A stretch of 64,000 nucleotides of DNA from a virus: positions 4,464 through 68,463 of IMG/VR virus record IMGVR_UViG_3300013104_000005. One strand, 5' to 3'. Under the pieces are notes generated by a model. That model did no database searches. It saw nothing but the letters and a program-made list of their open reading frames with translations, and was not told the DNA's origin. Both the position numbers and the translations under genes were made by a program. Numbering within the stretch: position 1 is the stretch's first letter; every line of letters begins with the position of its first letter. Positions 9,629-17,799 of the stretch are shown here, one piece after another.

Positions 9629-9713
9629 TACTGCCTACTACTGCCTACTACTGCCTACTACTGCCTACTACTGCCTACTACTGCCTACTACTGCCTACTA
9701 CTGCCTACTACTG
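9628..9713. repeat. perfect 10-bp tandem repeat (CTGCCTACTA) x8 plus partial flanks
   Basis: Directly visible at 9631-9710; intergenic. Confidence 0.97.
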
Positions 9714-9714
9714 T

Positions 9715-10245
9715 TTACCGCCTGTACTCACCGTAGAGCTTCAGCCACTCGGCCAGACCGGCCATCAGGCCCATCGCGATGTCCTGGTCGATGACCCAGA
9801 GCTTCTCACCACCCGCTCCCAGCAGCCACCACTGCTCTACCGTGTCCGGCTCGTTCATCAGGTTGATTGAGAGGTCAGTGCCCGGCACCAACACCTCAGC
9901 GATACAGTGGTCATAGCGGTGGGGGTCGGCCACCTGCCCCGGCTTGGTAGTCGCTTGCATCAGCATAAATAAGGCCTGCTCTAGCGCTGGGTTAAGTTGC
10001 CGCTTGGCCTTGCGGTCGTGCTGCGCCTCGGTGCTAAAGGCCATCTGCATCGCGTTATTCGCTCGAGCGTTGATGGCAGCGGTGACATCGCTGTGGTCGT
10101 CGAGCTGCTCGAACTCATAGTCCATGGCGAAGATCAGGCAGGTGTCAGGCTTATAGTCCTCTTGCCTGACGTCCCTGGCTTTTTGCTCAGAATCTAGAAC
10201 CCGTAACACCTCGCCGTTCCTGTCGACGATAAACCATCGCTTCAT
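9715..10245 (-). CDS. hypothetical protein
   Basis: 176-aa ORF with AAGGAG SD. Confidence 0.65.
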   Translation of the reverse strand: MKRWFIVDRNGEVLRVLDSEQKARDVRQEDYKPDTCLIFAMDYEFEQLDDHSDVTAAINARANNAMQMAFSTEAQHDRKAKRQLNPALEQALFMLMQATTKPGQVADPHRYDHCIAEVLVPGTDLSINLMNEPDTVEQWWLLGAGGEKLWVIDQDIAMGLMAGLAEWLKLYGEYRR

Positions 10246-10277
10246 AGGGTCTCCTTGACTACCTCACCATGCTTATC

Positions 10278-10329
10278 AATTCTATCAGGTGTGAGGTGAG
10301 AGAACTGATCGCCTAAATCTCATTAGATC
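10278..10329 (-). repeat. dispersed ~50-bp element, copy A (ATCTAAT...TCTCACCT...GATAGA)
   Basis: Aligns with 22131-22182, including an identical 14-mer CAGTTCTCTCACCT. Confidence 0.7.
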
Positions 10330-10397
10330 CCACGTAGGTCATCGCTGACCAGCACCTACGGCCGACGCCAGTGAGTCCGCGCCGTAGGCGAGAGCAC

Positions 10398-10805
10398 CTA
10401 CCTTCGCCGGGGCGAGACCTGCATGATAAGCTCGATGAGCTCGGTAACCGAAGCGGGCTTAGCCCCTACCAGGACCATCACTTCGTTGGTGAGCTTGGTG
10501 AGAGCGTTGTCCATCGCCACGATCGTAACGGCCTGGGCAGAGTTGTTATAGCTAGTGGGCGTGTCGATGAACTCCTTCAGCATGCCCTCTACTGTCTGCT
10601 GCAGGTGCATCAGGAAGTGGGTTGGCTTCCATTCGCGGATCATGGCCCGCAGCTGCTCGCGATGAGCTTCGCACTTGGCCGCCTCTTCCTCCTGCGTCTC
10701 CTCAGCCTCGTGCTGTTTTACCTCCTCTTCGTCGGTCGAGATGGACCGCTCCTCAACGCCGGGTTGAGGTCCTGCTTCGATGTTTCGCACTTCTCCTTCA
10801 GTCAT
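10398..10805 (-). CDS. hypothetical protein (acidic N-terminus)
   Basis: ORF within the operon. Confidence 0.6.
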   Translation of the reverse strand: MTEGEVRNIEAGPQPGVEERSISTDEEEVKQHEAEETQEEEAAKCEAHREQLRAMIREWKPTHFLMHLQQTVEGMLKEFIDTPTSYNNSAQAVTIVAMDNALTKLTNEVMVLVGAKPASVTELIELIMQVSPRRR

Positions 10806-10832
10806 GTGACTGCCTTTCGTGTGAGAGTGCCG

Positions 10833-11027
10833 CTAGTGAAACCAGAACTCGGCCAGGAACTGATAAGTGTACCTGTTCTCTGTGGCCACCGAGAAGGGTA
10901 CCGTGTAAAGCTGGCCAGTGTAAGACTCGGCCTGCAGTGACGGCGGGTAGATCTCGCCGTCAACATCACATACCTGGCAGACCTCACCCTGGTACATGAA
11001 AAACTCGCCGGCCTGGATAGGCTTCAT
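10833..11027 (-). CDS. hypothetical protein
   Basis: 4-bp overlap with the upstream gene; GAGG SD. Confidence 0.55.
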   Translation of the reverse strand: MKPIQAGEFFMYQGEVCQVCDVDGEIYPPSLQAESYTGQLYTVPFSVATENRYTYQFLAEFWFH

Positions 11028-11914
11028 TGTAACCTCTTTTGAGGGTTCATGTCAACCTTGTCCCCGGCCCTGAGGCCCTCGACGTAAGCGGAATGGTCGA
11101 CCTTGACCTCCTTCGGCTCCACCTCCTTTACGTCAAACTTCTGCTGCATGTACAGGTCGTTGTCTACCTGCTTGGAGTAGACCAGCGCGGTAGCCGCTCC
11201 AGCCTGTAGGGCGCCGCGAGCCTGATAGTCGGCTCGGGTTACCGCACGCTGCTTTTCCTGCCTCAGCCTGTCGGCTAAGCGCTGCGCGATGCCGAGCAAG
11301 AACGCGCCATACCACTTACGCGCGTTGATGTGTGGTCGGTGGTCGCCGATGCGATAGGACTTAGGCACCGACACCATCCGCCCGTTGATGGACACCTGCT
11401 TGAGCTGGTGCACGTTCAGGCCCTGGATGCTCGGGATGCTGAAGCAAGTCGTGTAGCAGAGGTACTCTGCCTGCTCCGACAGCCACTCGTAGAGGGTGAC
11501 CGCGGCAGTGGCGTCGGTGGCCGTGCCGATGAAGACCATGCGGCGCGTCTTCTCCCAGTAGATCATGTTGCAGAAGCAAGCGTCGGCCACGCCCGCTCCT
11601 AGCATAACGCACCAGGCGAAGGGCGTGCTCTTCGGCGCCTTCGTGTCAAACCTGACGTGGGTGGTAATCTTCTTCGACTTCTTGCTGGGGTCGTGGGCCT
11701 CGAGGTCAACGAGCTCGAGCCCGTATTGCAGCAGGATCTCGTTGACCTTCGACGCGGCTACCGCGGCCTCCTGTTCGGAGGCATGTCGCTGCTCAACCGA
11801 GGCCTGAGCGTGCGCCGAACCCTGGGCGGTGTTCAGCAGGGCGAAGATCCGCCGCATGACCCGCTCATCAGGTAAGTTCTTGCCCTCGGTAACGTGAAAC
11901 TGTGCCTCACTCAT
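11024..11914 (-). CDS. DUF2786-domain protein
   Basis: RRIFALLNTA..SEQEAAVAASKVNEILLQYGL, MVFIG, C-terminal AYVEGLRAG. Confidence 0.75.
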   Translation of the reverse strand: MSEAQFHVTEGKNLPDERVMRRIFALLNTAQGSAHAQASVEQRHASEQEAAVAASKVNEILLQYGLELVDLEAHDPSKKSKKITTHVRFDTKAPKSTPFAWCVMLGAGVADACFCNMIYWEKTRRMVFIGTATDATAAVTLYEWLSEQAEYLCYTTCFSIPSIQGLNVHQLKQVSINGRMVSVPKSYRIGDHRPHINARKWYGAFLLGIAQRLADRLRQEKQRAVTRADYQARGALQAGAATALVYSKQVDNDLYMQQKFDVKEVEPKEVKVDHSAYVEGLRAGDKVDMNPQKRLQ

Positions 11915-12437
11915 TACCGCCCTCCCTACCCAAGCAGAAGATGCTGTTGATGAAGGCTTGACCGTAGTAAGCGACCGGATCTACCTTTTCGAGTGTGTTC
12001 TCGCAGAGGAAGGGGTCGACAACGAAGATGCCCTCGTACTCAAAACCGAGCATGTAGCTCGCTGCGCCTTCGGCCTCGAACTGTAGCTCCAGTTGCTTGT
12101 TGAGCTCAGCCAGTTGTTCGGCTTTCTCGCGCAACACCGTCGGCAGGTCGTTAAAGCAGATCGCTGGCTTTTCTAGCAGTAACACGGTCAGTCTCCTGTT
12201 GATGAGCTGCTCGAGCGCTCGAGCGATGATGGTGCCCTCACCTCCCCCAGTCAACAGGGAGTGAACCAGTCGATAGCCGAGTTTGCCGTCGGCCTTGACG
12301 TAAAAGTTACCGCTGGGCTTGAAGGTACCATCACCTTGCCGCACAGCAAACGCGCCTGAGTTGTAGACGCGGAGGGTGAGGATGTAGCCCTGGGGCGTGG
12401 TCACCTGATAGGTGCCCGGCGCCATGTGTGCTATCAT
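11907..12437 (-). CDS. hypothetical protein
   Basis: Packed ORF. Confidence 0.6.
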   Translation of the reverse strand: MIAHMAPGTYQVTTPQGYILTLRVYNSGAFAVRQGDGTFKPSGNFYVKADGKLGYRLVHSLLTGGGEGTIIARALEQLINRRLTVLLLEKPAICFNDLPTVLREKAEQLAELNKQLELQFEAEGAASYMLGFEYEGIFVVDPFLCENTLEKVDPVAYYGQAFINSIFCLGREGGNE

Positions 12438-12805
12438 AGCTTCATCTCCCTCACACACTTGCCACCGAGGCCAGATGAGGCGGTCTTGCCGCCCCTAAGC
12501 GTGCGGTTGCAGGCGTAGCAGCGCCCGGTCTCTTGGGCGTAGAGTTGTCCGGCGGACTGGGGGTGCTTCAGCAGGTCGATGACCATCACGTAGTCACGCT
12601 TGATGGTCTTGGACTTGAAGGGGATGATGTGACCCAGCCTGATGTAACAGACCGGCACCGTTTCACCTGTGTCCTCTGCGTAGCGGTCGATGGTCCACTC
12701 GGGATCTGCGTTCTTCCCAGGATCGTGGGCTCTGACCAGGAACAAGTGCTTGACCTGCTGATCGTCCCTCACTAGGTAACGACCTGAGATCAGCTTTCTC
12801 GACAT
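12434..12805 (-). CDS. DUF6011-like Zn-finger protein
   Basis: YAQETGRCYACNRTL..SSGLGGKC. Confidence 0.65.
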   Translation of the reverse strand: MSRKLISGRYLVRDDQQVKHLFLVRAHDPGKNADPEWTIDRYAEDTGETVPVCYIRLGHIIPFKSKTIKRDYVMVIDLLKHPQSAGQLYAQETGRCYACNRTLRGGKTASSGLGGKCVREMKL

Positions 12806-13000
12806 ACGGTAAACCTCGACTCGTAGTCTGCACTCTGCGCTCTCCGCCTATTCGGAGCGCCGGGCTTGTGACCGGCATCGCCGCATTAACTACCACAAAC
12901 TGGATGGTGGCGGCATCCTCGTACGCTGGCCAGCCGCGTTTCGGTACGCTCGCACGGATGCTCGTTGTCAACGCCTCCACCGCGTTACCACCCATGTCCA

Positions 13001-13333
13001 CTAGTTGAAGACGATCTGAAACTCGGGCTTCTCGAGCGTCGAGTCAACCTCAGTGCCTTCGATAAACACTACCACCTGCACATTAAGCTTAATGCGCAGT
13101 TGGTCGATGTTACTGTCGCTGCCTTCGGGTACCTCTGGGATAGCGTTGAGCATTTCCTCAGCGATGAGGTCGAAGAACGACGCACCTCGCGGGTTGTAAA
13201 TCCGCTTGGCCTCTTCTTCAGCTATCTGGAGAGATAGCTGGCCGGTGATGTCGTCTGGGATGAGCGGAAGTACCTGCTGGTCAAGGTTGTCTTCCTGAAA
13301 CTCCCAGTTTAGGTCATTGTCTACGATGCGCAC
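13001..13333 (-). CDS. acidic hypothetical protein
   Basis: GTG start with GGAGG SD. Confidence 0.6.
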   Translation of the reverse strand: MRIVDNDLNWEFQEDNLDQQVLPLIPDDITGQLSLQIAEEEAKRIYNPRGASFFDLIAEEMLNAIPEVPEGSDSNIDQLRIKLNVQVVVFIEGTEVDSTLEKPEFQIVFN

Positions 13334-13346
13334 TGTCGGTTCCTCC

Positions 13347-13715
13347 TTAGGTACCTGACTCTTCAGTAGGGATACAGATGACCCACTGAGGGTAGGTAGG
13401 ATTATTCACTCGAGTGATGGCCGCGGTGTGCAGCGGGTAATGGCGCACCACGTAGTTGACCGCTTCACTGAGGTTGCCAAAGTCTCGCTCGATGTGTGCT
13501 ATCGTGTTCACGTCCGCAAGCTTGTGGTCTTTGCCCGTCGCTGCGTTGTTGAGGACACGGCTCTTGGCTCCTAGCACCTGTTGTACCAGGGTCGAGCGCA
13601 CGTTGTCAAAGGTCGCGGTGATCTCGTGGCTCAGGATGATGCCGCTCTGACTAAACCTCATGGCTTGACCGCATGGCACTGATGCCAGTGACGCCGACAA
13701 GTCCGAGCTCGTCAA
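13347..13715 (-). CDS. hypothetical protein
   Basis: ORF; start uncertain, probably MRFSQ. Confidence 0.5.
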   Translation of the reverse strand: MTSSDLSASLASVPCGQAMRFSQSGIILSHEITATFDNVRSTLVQQVLGAKSRVLNNAATGKDHKLADVNTIAHIERDFGNLSEAVNYVVRHYPLHTAAITRVNNPTYPQWVICIPTEESGT

Positions 13716-14526
13716 GTGCTTGGTTAAGCAGCGGGCGAGATGCCTCGTCCTTGCAGTCTTGCTCGTCGTAGGAGTCTCGCATCGCCATGTACGCTACTGT
13801 CTGCGGGTGAGCCTTGCACCACTGCTGCATGGACTGCTGGGTAAGTGTAGGCTGCGAGAGCGACTTAAACCGCAGACTGTGGTAAAACGCCCACTGTACC
13901 AGGAGGTGTTGCTGTTCGGGGCCCGGCTCTAGCTGGTCGATGATCCGAGAGAAGGCCTCTACCGCTCGCTCGACGTACTCGTGACCCTTGACTGGGGGTA
14001 GCAGCTTGTAGAACGGCTGGTCGCGCCGGCACTCGAGGAACTCGTAAAGGATACCGTCGAGGTGCGCGCCTGTAAAGTCCGCTCCGTGCACGCAAGACCG
14101 GCTGATGTTGGCCCGCTCCAGGTGGGCGTAGGTGAAGTCAGTCTGCGTGAGGTCGGCGCCCGTAAACCGGGCTCCGCTTAACCAGGCGTAAGCGAAGTTA
14201 GCGTGGGTGAGGTCGGCCCTGTCGAAGTTGGCCAGGTTGGCATCTGCACCGTGAAAGATGGTGTTGTGGCAGGTGGCCCCTGACAGGTAGGCGCTGTTGA
14301 GGTGAGCCCCAGTAAACTGGGCGCCTGTGAGGTCAGCGCGCATGAGGTTGCCGTGTGCTAACTGACAGTTGGTCAGGTTCCGAAACGACAGGTCACGAGC
14401 GTGTAGGTCTACGCTGTGGAGGTCTATCACGAAGTCTGGCTCCGCGTCCCTCATGTCTTTCCAGCGATCTGCGTCGTGTAGCAGCACCTGTAGCAGGCTG
14501 CTACGGTCTAGCTGTGATAACTTCAC
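13651..14526 (-). CDS. pentapeptide-repeat protein
   Basis: A(D/N)LxGA-type repeats (ADLTGAQFTGAHLNSAYLSGA...); GTG start at 14526 with GAGGAG SD. Confidence 0.85.
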   Translation of the reverse strand: MKLSQLDRSSLLQVLLHDADRWKDMRDAEPDFVIDLHSVDLHARDLSFRNLTNCQLAHGNLMRADLTGAQFTGAHLNSAYLSGATCHNTIFHGADANLANFDRADLTHANFAYAWLSGARFTGADLTQTDFTYAHLERANISRSCVHGADFTGAHLDGILYEFLECRRDQPFYKLLPPVKGHEYVERAVEAFSRIIDQLEPGPEQQHLLVQWAFYHSLRFKSLSQPTLTQQSMQQWCKAHPQTVAYMAMRDSYDEQDCKDEASRPLLNQALDELGLVGVTGISAMRSSHEV

Positions 14527-14569
14527 GGTAACTCCTCGTGAGTCTCTAACTGCCACGTGATTGTGGCAT

Positions 14570-14616
14570 ACCGCCTGCCCGACTCGAACGGGCTGCCCAC
14601 TGACTGGGGAGGCAGT
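14570..14616 (-). ncRNA. minimal tRNA-like element (acceptor stem, one hairpin, T-arm)
   Basis: ACUGCCU/AGGCGGU 7-bp stem, CCCA-GUCAG-UGGG hairpin, GCCCG-UUCGAGU-CGGGC T-arm stacked directly on the acceptor strand. Confidence 0.6.
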
Positions 14617-14621
14617 GTCAC

Positions 14622-15119
14622 TTACCCGCCGGGGTGCTCGCAAGCGATGTTGATAGCGTGAGCGCCGGGTGTCGGGTCGTCCCAGCGGATCCTGGTGCCG
14701 CACTCGCGGCAAAGTTGGCACGACTGGCACACCCGCATCGGAACCAGTCCACGAGGGCCCATCGACACAAGCGCCTCGCTTAGTAGGTTACCTGGTAGGG
14801 GAAGCGTACCGCACAACTCGCACCATTCGTACGCGACCTTCCAGACTGGAGCGATGACAAAACCTGTGTGAATACGACGACCGGTGTCCTCAAACAGGCC
14901 AGATGCCAGCGCAGCGTAGGCGAGTGGAATGTTCTCCATCCAGACCTTAGCAAAGAACTCACCCGGCCACAGCGTGTGGGCCTGGTCAGGGATGTTGACG
15001 GAGAGGGTAGCAAGTGGCTCGTGCTCGGTATTCTCTAACTTCACCGCTAAGTTGCTGTCAGGGTACTTAGTGATGACGACCCTAACAACGCCGTCAGGCG
15101 TGTTAAACCTTGCTCTCAT
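14622..15119 (-). CDS. DUF4313-like protein with Cys-rich C-terminus
   Basis: YPDSNLAVKL..EPLATLSVNIP..FAKVWMEN..TGRRIHTGFVIAPV; three CxxC pairs. Confidence 0.6.
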   Translation of the reverse strand: MRARFNTPDGVVRVVITKYPDSNLAVKLENTEHEPLATLSVNIPDQAHTLWPGEFFAKVWMENIPLAYAALASGLFEDTGRRIHTGFVIAPVWKVAYEWCELCGTLPLPGNLLSEALVSMGPRGLVPMRVCQSCQLCRECGTRIRWDDPTPGAHAINIACEHPGG

Positions 15120-15153
15120 AGTTACCTCTAACGTATGGAGTGTGTAGAGTGTC

Positions 15154-15210
15154 TGCTCTCGTCAGTGGCCGCTTTACGACCAGACCGTGGCTACGCCACG
15201 GTTTCGGCAT
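15154..15210 (-). ncRNA. hammerhead ribozyme (type II, stem II open)
   Basis: UGCC-GAAA-CCGUGGC(GUA)GCCACGG-UC/UGGUCG(UAAAG)CGGCCA-CUGACGA-GAGCA. All core nucleotides present; predicted GUC cleavage between 15183 and 15182. Confidence 0.88.
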
Positions 15211-15440
15211 GGGTAGTAGGTAGCAAGAGGCCCAAGGTACTCTTGTTAGGTTGTAACCCAGGGCCTCTTACCTGAGAGATCGGATTGTCCGTAGTTTGCC
15301 ATCCCTCGTGGCTTCGGGACTACCGCGTGACTCATAAAGCTTGTTGCTACTAAGCTCGTCGTTCTCAAGCCAGAGGCGGTAATCACCCGAAACTAAGCGT
15401 AGGATAACCTACGCCCTGGCGGGTACCTTGTGAGTTGGCG

Positions 15441-15584
15441 TTAGCGCCTGTTGTACGCCTGATAACCGCGCCTCACGCACCCGCCGCAGTGTCGTTGAGG
15501 GACAGTCCTGCCGCGCCGCCGCACGCGTCGCCAGCCGACGACACGCCGACCACACTTAACGCACTTAAACCTGAGCGTGTTCAA
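15441..15584 (-). CDS. 47-aa Arg-rich Zn-finger microprotein
   Basis: Manual translation MNTLRFKCVKCGRRVVGWRRVRRRGRTVPQRHCGGCVRRGYQAYNRR; the TTG start overlaps the upstream TGA; GGAGG SD. Confidence 0.6.
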   Translation of the reverse strand: MNTLRFKCVKCGRRVVGWRRVRRRGRTVPQRHCGGCVRRGYQAYNRR

Positions 15585-15895
15585 TGTCGGCTTACCTCCA
15601 GGATGAGCGACTTCAGGTCGTCGATGGTCGGTTCCTCGTCGGGGTTAACCACTGCGATGGATCGGTCACGGTAGTCAGTAGCGATGGGACGGTCTAACAC
15701 CAGGTAGGTGCCTACAGCGAGGGCCTCCTCAGGTGCCAGGTCGTGGAAGTTGAAGACACCCAGGAAGGACTTGACCTTAGCGGGTGGTGCCTCGTGAGTA
15801 ACGAGCAAGATGATGGGGTCTCGGACTGGCCAGTTAAAGCCGTCGGTGCCCTGGTAGCTAAACGACCCCGAGACCGTGAGCAAGTGTTTAAGCAC
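15581..15895 (-). CDS. hypothetical protein
   Basis: Packed ORF. Confidence 0.6.
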   Translation of the reverse strand: MLKHLLTVSGSFSYQGTDGFNWPVRDPIILLVTHEAPPAKVKSFLGVFNFHDLAPEEALAVGTYLVLDRPIATDYRDRSIAVVNPDEEPTIDDLKSLILEVSRH

Positions 15896-16304
15896 GCTTC
15901 GCCATCTTGTCTAGCAACAGGTCGATGTCGTTGCAGAGCGTTACGCTGAAGTCGAAGAGGCGGGTGAGGACCACGACGTTAAGTCGGTCGTGTGGGGTAG
16001 TCACCGTGAACCCGTTCTGCATGATGGCACCTAAGGCGCCCATGAGGTGGACCGCGAAGTGACTCACGCCCACTCGCTTGATGTCATCGGCGAGGTCGGC
16101 CACAGCCTGGTCGCAGGCGAGGTCGTCTTCAGTGGTCTCGTTGAGGTCACCGATGTCCTGGGCAGTGTGGGCTCGGGTGAGGATGTCGTCAAGCATCTGC
16201 TTGAGGCTTGGGTTGTTGTCACGGGTCCGGAAAGCGTATTCGAACAACTCGTTAACCGTGACCTGACTGGTCTCCTTCGGCACATCTTCCTTCCTTCGGC
16301 TCAT
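15888..16304 (-). CDS. hypothetical protein
   Basis: Start MSRRKE; ATGA overlap with the upstream gene. Confidence 0.6.
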   Translation of the reverse strand: MSRRKEDVPKETSQVTVNELFEYAFRTRDNNPSLKQMLDDILTRAHTAQDIGDLNETTEDDLACDQAVADLADDIKRVGVSHFAVHLMGALGAIMQNGFTVTTPHDRLNVVVLTRLFDFSVTLCNDIDLLLDKMAKRA

Positions 16305-16909
16305 CGGCGCACCCTCTCTATCACTCGACACTCGATGCCGCAACCGGCCAAAGACCCGACCGCTGTCAACAATACCTGCGTATCACTGTACTCGCGGACG
16401 GAGCTGAAGAACTGGCTCCTCGGCTTCACCTGCAGAACCACCACGCGCCCGAACTTCAGGCTGAACGTGGGCGACGCGTGATTGACCAGTCGGTAACCGG
16501 CGGGGATGCTATCCGGTGCCGGCGCCTTCACCTTGGGCTGTGGACGAGGTCTAAGGTCATCTCGTCGCGGCAACTTCGATTCCTCCAGGTGCTTGTTGTC
16601 ATTCTGGTGACCCGGACCCAGGGGGCAAGGTCGGCCCTGATGGAACTTCTCGTAACGCCGATACGCTCGCTGGTTGACATCTGCCTTTTGACCGCCATCC
16701 TGGCAATTCGGCAGAGGCTCCAGCTCGTTCAGCTCGTCAACCCGTCGGAGGCGGAAGATCTTCCCCCGCCAGATCCGGTGAGTCTTCGGTAACGGGTGCC
16801 CCTGGGCGATATACGCCTCGAAGTCGGGGTCGCCCTTGCTCGGCGCCGGGTCAGGCTTGAACATCACCTCCGTGTCGCCGTGCATGAGCTTCGGATTGAA
16901 CCTGCTCAT
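16301..16909 (-). CDS. basic hypothetical protein
   Basis: 202-aa ORF with GGAG SD, directly after the twister ribozyme. Confidence 0.65.
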   Translation of the reverse strand: MSRFNPKLMHGDTEVMFKPDPAPSKGDPDFEAYIAQGHPLPKTHRIWRGKIFRLRRVDELNELEPLPNCQDGGQKADVNQRAYRRYEKFHQGRPCPLGPGHQNDNKHLEESKLPRRDDLRPRPQPKVKAPAPDSIPAGYRLVNHASPTFSLKFGRVVVLQVKPRSQFFSSVREYSDTQVLLTAVGSLAGCGIECRVIERVRR

Positions 16910-16928
16910 TGATACACTCCATGTAGGT

Positions 16929-17000
16929 AGTGATCTACTCTGCTCTCCCCCTCGGTCGGGGGCGCCGGACTTGTAACCGGCATTGTAGCATTAGATCACT
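16929..17000 (-). ncRNA. twister ribozyme (type P1, with P5 hairpin)
   Basis: AGUGAUC-UAA-UGCU-ACAAU-GCCGG-UUACAAGU-CCGGC-[CCCC/GGGG hairpin]-AGCA-GAGUA-GAUCACU. P1, P2, P4 and both pseudoknots (UAC/GUA, AC/GU) can form; predicted U/A cleavage at 16993/16992. Confidence 0.9.
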
Positions 17001-17030
17001 GGGCAGGGGGAGGTGAATTCCCCCTGCCCT
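17001..17030 (-). other. strong hairpin GGGCAGGGGG/CCCCCUGCCC between an ORF stop and the twister
   Basis: Inverted repeat with no U-tract; could protect the 3' end of the upstream cleavage product. Confidence 0.6.
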
Positions 17031-17037
17031 GTTCTTG

Positions 17038-17793
17038 TTAGATTGTAACTGCGTCGGGGACCTCCGTTGCCTCGACGACCGGTTCTGCCAGCGGCTCCAT
17101 CACCGGCGGCAACTCGTCGACCACCGGCGTCGTGGGCTCAGTCGGGTCAGGGGTGATAGGACTCACCGTGTCAGGGGCGTTGGCGGTGAATGCCTTCACC
17201 TGGTTGGCGGTATTCCGTGCCCAGATGAGGCAGAGCTCACGCGCACGCTCTTGCTTCTTGGTGATCTGGGGACGCCCTCCGGGGCTCGGCATACATACCT
17301 GCGTGGGCAGATGCATGGCTCGGAAATACCCGGGCTTGTCTGGGGTCGTGATAACCGCATAGTGACCGTTGACGCGCTCTACGATCATGTCCTCGGTAAA
17401 ATCCGTCACCGGCGGTGGCGTCTGTGCTGTGTAATTCTGACCAGCCTTCGGCGTCTTCGGCGCCTTCGGCTCTCCAGTCGCCGTCGACGCGTGGGGCTTC
17501 CGCAACTTCAACTTCAACTGGCTGAGCTGCTGGGCGGCATCTGCCATCGTCATGCCTGTCGTGTCGATCCGGTCAATCTTGAGTGCGTCGCAGAGCTGCT
17601 CGATTGCCATCAACTGGGATGCCGCTGCCGGCGCGTGGTTGATGGGTGGCAGGGGCTCCTGCGGTGGGGCGGTCGCCTCCGTGGGAGCAGGCTCCGCAAC
17701 CGGCTCCTGTACTTCCGGCTCAACCGGCTCGGCCGGCTGCGTCGGGGTGGTTGGGGCAGACCCGTGCCCGTTGTTGCGGTTCTTCTTAGCCAT
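17038..17793 (-). CDS. Pro/Ala/Glu-rich hypothetical early protein
   Basis: Start MAKKNRNN with GGAG SD. Confidence 0.7.
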   Translation of the reverse strand: MAKKNRNNGHGSAPTTPTQPAEPVEPEVQEPVAEPAPTEATAPPQEPLPPINHAPAAASQLMAIEQLCDALKIDRIDTTGMTMADAAQQLSQLKLKLRKPHASTATGEPKAPKTPKAGQNYTAQTPPPVTDFTEDMIVERVNGHYAVITTPDKPGYFRAMHLPTQVCMPSPGGRPQITKKQERARELCLIWARNTANQVKAFTANAPDTVSPITPDPTEPTTPVVDELPPVMEPLAEPVVEATEVPDAVTI

Positions 17794-17799
17794 CGTGTA

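Noticed and set aside
9589-9870. ORF with LLLPTTAYYC repeats
   Set aside because: It is a translation artefact of the 10-bp tandem repeat on the non-coding strand.
12663-13001. 112-aa minus-strand ORF
   Set aside because: It fills a gap but overlaps the next gene by about 140 bp and has no recognisable motif; possibly real, left uncalled.
15221-15275. Possible second twister (UAA, UUACAA and GAGUA present)
   Set aside because: P2 cannot form, so it is kept only as unclassified structure.
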